Shown here: positions 59,585 to 64,000 of the stretch, piece by piece
Numbering within the stretch: position 1 is the first letter of the stretch
Layout: every line of letters starts with the position of its first letter
IMG/VR virus record: IMGVR_UViG_3300027782_000047
Coordinates: 32,001-96,000 of that record
DNA: 64,000 nt
From: a virus
Strand: one strand, 5' to 3'
Program-made: the position numbers and the translations under genes
The notes under the pieces: model-generated
Database searches by the model: none
What the model saw: only the letters and a program-made list of their open reading frames with translations
Told to the model about the DNA's origin: nothing

Positions 59585-60486
59585 TTAACCCTAAGTATCC
59601 AGTTTATATTATATCTAAGGGTCGGCATGAATCCATGTTGACTTCCCGCTCACTCGCTCGTATGAAAGTTCCTCATTACATTGCGATTGAGCCACAAGAC
59701 TTAGACAACTATGAAAAAGCACTGGATGAATTTAAGATTCGCCCATATGTTACATTGCTAGTTGCACCATTCAGTAATCATGGTGATGGACCAGGTCGTG
59801 CTAGAAATTGGTGTTGGGATCATGCGATTGAAATTGGTACCGAAAAGCATTGGGTACTAGATGATAATATCTCTGACTTCTATAGATTAAATCAGAACAA
59901 ACGCTATCGTGTTGAATCTGGTGCTATCTTCCGAGCCGCAGAAGATTTCATTGACCGCTTTGAGAATGTACCAATCTCTGGCTTTCAGTATCGGTTCTTC
60001 ATTGCACCAAATTCAAAGTATCCACCATTCGTAACTAACACACGAATCTATTCCTGTTTGCTAATCTCCAATGATTGTAAACATCGTTGGCGTGGTAGAT
60101 ACAATGAAGATACCGATATCTGTCTCCGCGTGTTGAAAGATGGTGATTGTACCATTCAGTTCAATGCATTCTTGCAAGGCAAGGCGGCTACACAGACAGT
60201 TAAGGGTGGTAACACCGAAGAATTCTATCATAAAGAATTTGCAGATGCTGATGAAAACTTTAAGAAGACTGGTTATAACAGTAGCGGTACAATCAACAAA
60301 TCACAGATGCTTGCAGATATGCATCCAGATGTTGCAAGAGTTGTTTGGCGTTATGGTCGTTGGCATCATTATGTTGACTACAATCCATTCAAAGTAAACA
60401 AGTTGCGAATGAAACCTGATGCAATAGTTCCAGAAGGCAACAACGAATATGGAATGAAGTTGATTCGTAATTGGAAACCAGATTGA
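59581..60486 (+). CDS. TET-associated (TAGT) / GREB1-like glycosyltransferase
   Basis: PVYIISKGR, IEPQD...Y, ARNWCWDH, HWVLDDNI, RIYSC.LI, RWRGRYNEDTD..L..LK.G and KGGN. Confidence 0.75.
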   Translation: MINPKYPVYIISKGRHESMLTSRSLARMKVPHYIAIEPQDLDNYEKALDEFKIRPYVTLLVAPFSNHGDGPGRARNWCWDHAIEIGTEKHWVLDDNISDFYRLNQNKRYRVESGAIFRAAEDFIDRFENVPISGFQYRFFIAPNSKYPPFVTNTRIYSCLLISNDCKHRWRGRYNEDTDICLRVLKDGDCTIQFNAFLQGKAATQTVKGGNTEEFYHKEFADADENFKKTGYNSSGTINKSQMLADMHPDVARVVWRYGRWHHYVDYNPFKVNKLRMKPDAIVPEGNNEYGMKLIRNWKPD

Positions 60487-61340
60487 TGAGTATTGTTGAT
60501 GAAATAGGCAAAGAGAGTCTAAAGCGGTATCTTGAAAACTGCGCTAAGGTTGCAGACATAGATATTGAGGCGGCATTCAAAGTCACATTGAATTGTATGA
60601 AAGCGCATGATGGGGCAATCATACCCGATGATGATATGCGTCAGATGAAAGACCTTGAGAATAGATGGTATGCATCATTGGAAACAGGAACGCCAGACTA
60701 TTCTGTTTACTCTGATGCTTATTATTTCTGCGAAGTATGGATGTGTTGGTCAAAATACTCTAGAAGGTATCTCAAAGAAATCAATTCACCGAAGTCCATG
60801 TTTGGTAAAAGTATAGTTGAGTACATTGGTAATGTTGACAATGTGGTTGACTTGGGATGCGGTTTCGGTTATACTACAGTTGGTATGAAAGAATTGTTTC
60901 CGAACTCAAATGTCTATGGTACAAATCTAAAAGATAGTTACCAGTATAAGATGGCAACAGAGTTGGGCGACAAACACAATTTCAAAATCATTGAAAATCT
61001 TACACAAGTTGAAAAGCCAGGAACAAGTTTGTTTTTTGCTTCCGAATACTTTGAACACTTTGACAGACCGATTGAGCATTTGATTGATGTGATTGAACAA
61101 GGGTCACCAACATATATGTTGATTGCTAACACATTCAACGGAAGAGCCATTGGTCACTTCAATCAATACAAAGATGGTACCGAAGTCTATGATGGAAAAC
61201 AAATGGGAAGATTGTTCGGAAAGACACTCAGAAAATATGGATACGAAAGTGTTACCACAGATTGTTGGAATAATAGACCCGCATTTTGGCAGAAGAAAGA
61301 TAGTTGTTTTTTGACAACACAATACTTTAGTAGTACTTGA
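60486..61340 (+). CDS. class I SAM-dependent methyltransferase
   Basis: VVDLGCGFG motif I and ASEYFEH motif; ATG overlaps the upstream TGA. Confidence 0.75.
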   Translation: MSIVDEIGKESLKRYLENCAKVADIDIEAAFKVTLNCMKAHDGAIIPDDDMRQMKDLENRWYASLETGTPDYSVYSDAYYFCEVWMCWSKYSRRYLKEINSPKSMFGKSIVEYIGNVDNVVDLGCGFGYTTVGMKELFPNSNVYGTNLKDSYQYKMATELGDKHNFKIIENLTQVEKPGTSLFFASEYFEHFDRPIEHLIDVIEQGSPTYMLIANTFNGRAIGHFNQYKDGTEVYDGKQMGRLFGKTLRKYGYESVTTDCWNNRPAFWQKKDSCFLTTQYFSST

Positions 61341-61364
61341 CATTCGTTCTGGTCCTGATATACT
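61337..61364 (+). promoter_or_regulatory. sigma70-type early promoter
   Basis: TTGACA-16 bp-TATACT with an extended -10 TG. Confidence 0.7.
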
Positions 61365-61389
61365 TGTATCTGTAGTTAGAAGGAACACC

Positions 61390-63711
61390 ATGCAGTTTAC
61401 TCAAGAATCCAAATCCCAATTAGCCAAGTTGATGGCTACCGAAAACCTCACCGTTGAGCACCGCAAAGTATCCACGGCTTCTTTTAATCTTAAAGACCGT
61501 GTTCTTACCCTTCCAGTCTGGAAAGATATGTCTGGCGAAATGTATGATTTGCTGACAGGTCACGAAGTTGGTCACGCATTAGAAACGCCAGAAGAAGGTT
61601 GGCACAATGCAGTTATGGGCACTGGCAAATTTAATAAGAATTTCAAAAACTTCTTGAATGTGGTTGAAGATGCCCGCATTGAGAAAAAAGTCAAACGCCG
61701 TTTCCCTGGCCTACGTCAATCGTTTGTCAAAGCATACGGTCAACTATTAGAAAAAGATTTTTTCGGTATCAAGTACCGAAATGTCAATGCTTTGCCTTTC
61801 ATTGACCGCTTGAACCTTTACACTAAAGGTGGTGTCTCACTCGGTATTCAATTCAACAATGAAGAAACCAAAATGTTAGCCGATGTTGAATCGTGCGAAA
61901 CGTGGGAAGATGTTGTCCGTATTACCGAAGCAATTTTTGACTATTCAAAAACCGAACAAAAAGAAATCCAAGATAGTAAACTTAACCAATTGAATTCATT
62001 CTATGATGATGAAGATGGTGATTATGAAACGGACATGGACGGCAATGATGATTCTTCTAATGATGAAGAAGAAAATCAGGAAGATGGCCAACCTCAAGAT
62101 GGCAAAACTGAAAAAGAATCATCCGATGGTGAAGATACAAAAAAATCTGAATCTGGTAAATCTGATTCCGATTCCGAAGAAACCTCGGAAGAACAGCCAG
62201 AAGAAAGCAATACAATTGAACGTGATAAAGAATCACACAATAGTATCAGTGAAGATGAAGACTTTGAACCAGTTTGTGAAACCGATGAAAAGTACCGTGA
62301 AAACGAAAGCCAATTGTTGGACAAATCATGCAAAGAATATTTGTATGTGAATTTGCCAACTCCAATTTATTCTGAGATTCTTACTCCATACAAACGGGTA
62401 CATGAATTGATGGAAATGTATTGGGCTGACCGGTTTGATTCATATAAAGATACTCAGAATGTTTTGCTCCGTGAATTCAAAAATCGGAATGACCGTTACA
62501 TTTCTCTGCTTGCGAAAGAATTTGAAATGCGTAAAGCCGCATCAAAATATTCCAAACAGAAAATTTCTGAGACTGGTGATATTGATGTTAACCGCATCTA
62601 CAAATACCAAGTTGATGACAATATTTTCCGCAAAGCAACCTTTGTACCAAAAGGCAAATCGCATGGTTTAGTTTTGTTGCTTGACCGTTCGGGTTCAATG
62701 CAAAACAATATGGAATCATCATGGGAACAAATTTTGGTTCTCGCAATGTTCTGCCGCAAAGTGAATATTCCTTTTGTTGTTTATGGTTTTGGCAATGATA
62801 CCGGTGCTTTTCAACTTGACCACGGCCGTGAAAATAATCGTTCATTCACCAAAAACCTCCACGAATTAAGTGGCTCAGATGTTTTCTTGCGTGAGTATTT
62901 GAATTCAAAAATGAGTGCAAGTGAATTTACCCGGTGCTCTAAAAATATCATGGCTTTGTCTGGTAGTTATAGTTATCGTGGCAATCGTAAATTTTCAACA
63001 CCTAAGACTGAGAATTTGTCAAATACTCCTATGACCGAAGCAATGATTGCCTTGAAGCCGCTTGTTGAGCAATTCCGCAAAGTGAACAATCTTGATATTG
63101 TGAACACGGTTATCATGCACGATGGTGATGCAGACAGAATTACCGCCATAATTGGTGAGCGTGTAGATTACAAAGGTCAATCTTACTCTAGCACGGTAGG
63201 TATCGGTCACGGCCAGTACAATCTTGTTTTGCGTGATACGAAAAATAAATTTGAAGAATTGATGGTTGATGATGATGAATGTCCTGTGCGTAAATCAGTT
63301 TTCAATTGGTATCGCAAAACTACAGGTTCTAAGATTATCGGTTTCTTCATTGCTGGAACTGGTGCTGGTCTCCGTGCTGGCATTGAGCGCCGTTACATCA
63401 ACGAAAAAGGTGAATCGTTGCGCCAAGTTTATGAGGGTCACTCTAATGATTCTTACTATCAAAGAAAAGAAGCGACTAAACAACTTGCACAAATCATCAA
63501 AGTCGAAAGATTCCTAGAATCTAAAAATTCTGGATACAATAAATTCTTTATTATTCCTGGTGGCGATGACCTTGACATTGAAAACGAAAGTTTACATGTT
63601 GATGGTGCAGTTACTGCTGGTAAACTAAAGAATGCATTTATGAAAATGAATAAGAAGAAACAAGTAAGCCGTGTTTTGGTAAATCGTTTCATTGGCGAGA
63701 TTGCTCTGTGA
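61390..63711 (+). CDS. HEXXH metallopeptidase-like plus vWA (CobT-like) protein, 773 aa
   Basis: LAKLMATENL.V, GHEVGHAL, NVVEDARIE, an acidic linker, LLLDRSGSM (MIDAS), TP and DG. Confidence 0.85.
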   Translation: MQFTQESKSQLAKLMATENLTVEHRKVSTASFNLKDRVLTLPVWKDMSGEMYDLLTGHEVGHALETPEEGWHNAVMGTGKFNKNFKNFLNVVEDARIEKKVKRRFPGLRQSFVKAYGQLLEKDFFGIKYRNVNALPFIDRLNLYTKGGVSLGIQFNNEETKMLADVESCETWEDVVRITEAIFDYSKTEQKEIQDSKLNQLNSFYDDEDGDYETDMDGNDDSSNDEEENQEDGQPQDGKTEKESSDGEDTKKSESGKSDSDSEETSEEQPEESNTIERDKESHNSISEDEDFEPVCETDEKYRENESQLLDKSCKEYLYVNLPTPIYSEILTPYKRVHELMEMYWADRFDSYKDTQNVLLREFKNRNDRYISLLAKEFEMRKAASKYSKQKISETGDIDVNRIYKYQVDDNIFRKATFVPKGKSHGLVLLLDRSGSMQNNMESSWEQILVLAMFCRKVNIPFVVYGFGNDTGAFQLDHGRENNRSFTKNLHELSGSDVFLREYLNSKMSASEFTRCSKNIMALSGSYSYRGNRKFSTPKTENLSNTPMTEAMIALKPLVEQFRKVNNLDIVNTVIMHDGDADRITAIIGERVDYKGQSYSSTVGIGHGQYNLVLRDTKNKFEELMVDDDECPVRKSVFNWYRKTTGSKIIGFFIAGTGAGLRAGIERRYINEKGESLRQVYEGHSNDSYYQRKEATKQLAQIIKVERFLESKNSGYNKFFIIPGGDDLDIENESLHVDGAVTAGKLKNAFMKMNKKKQVSRVLVNRFIGEIAL

Positions 63712-63731
63712 CATTTTTACAACACCACCTA

Positions 63732-63760
63732 TTGACAAAGTGGTGTTTCCCTGTTATAAT
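63732..63760 (+). promoter_or_regulatory. perfect sigma70 consensus early promoter
   Basis: TTGACA-17 bp-TATAAT with an extended -10 TG. Confidence 0.85.
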
Positions 63761-63794
63761 TATTGTATTGATTGATTGAAATGGAGTTTATATT

Positions 63795-64000
63795 ATGCGT
63801 AAAGTGAATGTTTCCGCCCGTGAGAAGTTTATTTCTTTGGCTCTTGCTACAGGCAAAAGCACTTTGAATGTTGAAGATATCTGGGCAATTTGTAATGAGG
63901 CCGACCTAAAATATCCACAATGGTTCACAAAAGATCCAGAAAATCGTGCTGGTCGTGGGCTATATAAACTACCAACTAATGTTTCCACAGTTGATTTATC
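63795..64000 (+). CDS. N-terminus of a probable CobS/MoxR-like AAA+ ATPase, 3'-truncated
   Basis: GGAG SD; reads MRKVNVSAREKFISLA...YPQWF.......R.GRG.YKLP; follows the CobT-like vWA gene. The ATPase domain itself is outside the window. Confidence 0.55.
   Translation, partial: MRKVNVSAREKFISLALATGKSTLNVEDIWAICNEADLKYPQWFTKDPENRAGRGLYKLPTNVSTVDL

Noticed and set aside
40365-60486. ORF-track start positions 40365, 48657, 52857, 59569 and 60471 (also 1673 and 4090)
   Set aside because: They extend into upstream genes. Starts at 40392, 48747, 52881, 59581, 60486, 1691 and 4114 fit SD or overlap patterns and family N-termini better.
61311-61339. Second TTGACA as a separate promoter
   Set aside because: No acceptable -10 hexamer at 16-18 bp spacing; it is better explained as part of the upstream box.
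1-64000. Stop-codon reassignment, inteins in gp17/UvsW/gp46, tRNA or rRNA genes
   Set aside because: Standard code 11 gives dense full-length genes, core proteins have normal lengths, and no cloverleaf or rRNA-like segment was seen in the short intergenic gaps.

Overview
A 64-kb segment of a large, AT-rich T4-like myovirus genome. Gene content and order resemble cyanophage-, pelagiphage- or freshwater-type T4-like phages more than enterobacterial T4. All credible genes are on the + strand. Order: baseplate module (gp53 end, hub, a split gp5, gp25, gp6, gp7, gp8, a 2057-aa VrlC/DUF4815-like protein); a ~16-kb fibre/appendage array containing four collagen-like fibres with C-terminal S74 auto-cleaving chaperones; two 2OG-Fe(II) oxygenases and a glycosyltransferase; neck/tail genes gp13-15; gp16, Dps, gp17; gp18-gp23; gp3, uvsY, uvsW, gp55, a cytidylyltransferase, gp47/46, peptide deformylase; a putative DNA-hypermodification trio (small ORF, TAGT/GREB1-like glycosyltransferase, methyltransferase); and a CobT/CobS-like vWA plus AAA pair. 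T4-type late promoters (xATAAATA) and sigma70-type promoters are visible. The most interesting inferences are: (1) a possible peptide-docking code chaining fibre proteins into a branched appendage ending in three interchangeable collagen adhesins; (2) a phage-encoded hydroxylase plus glycosyltransferase set next to those collagens; (3) a gp5 spike split into separate genes; (4) an antisense sigma70 promoter just upstream of gp55; (5) Dps between the terminase subunits. All family assignments are from motif recognition by eye, not from database searches.
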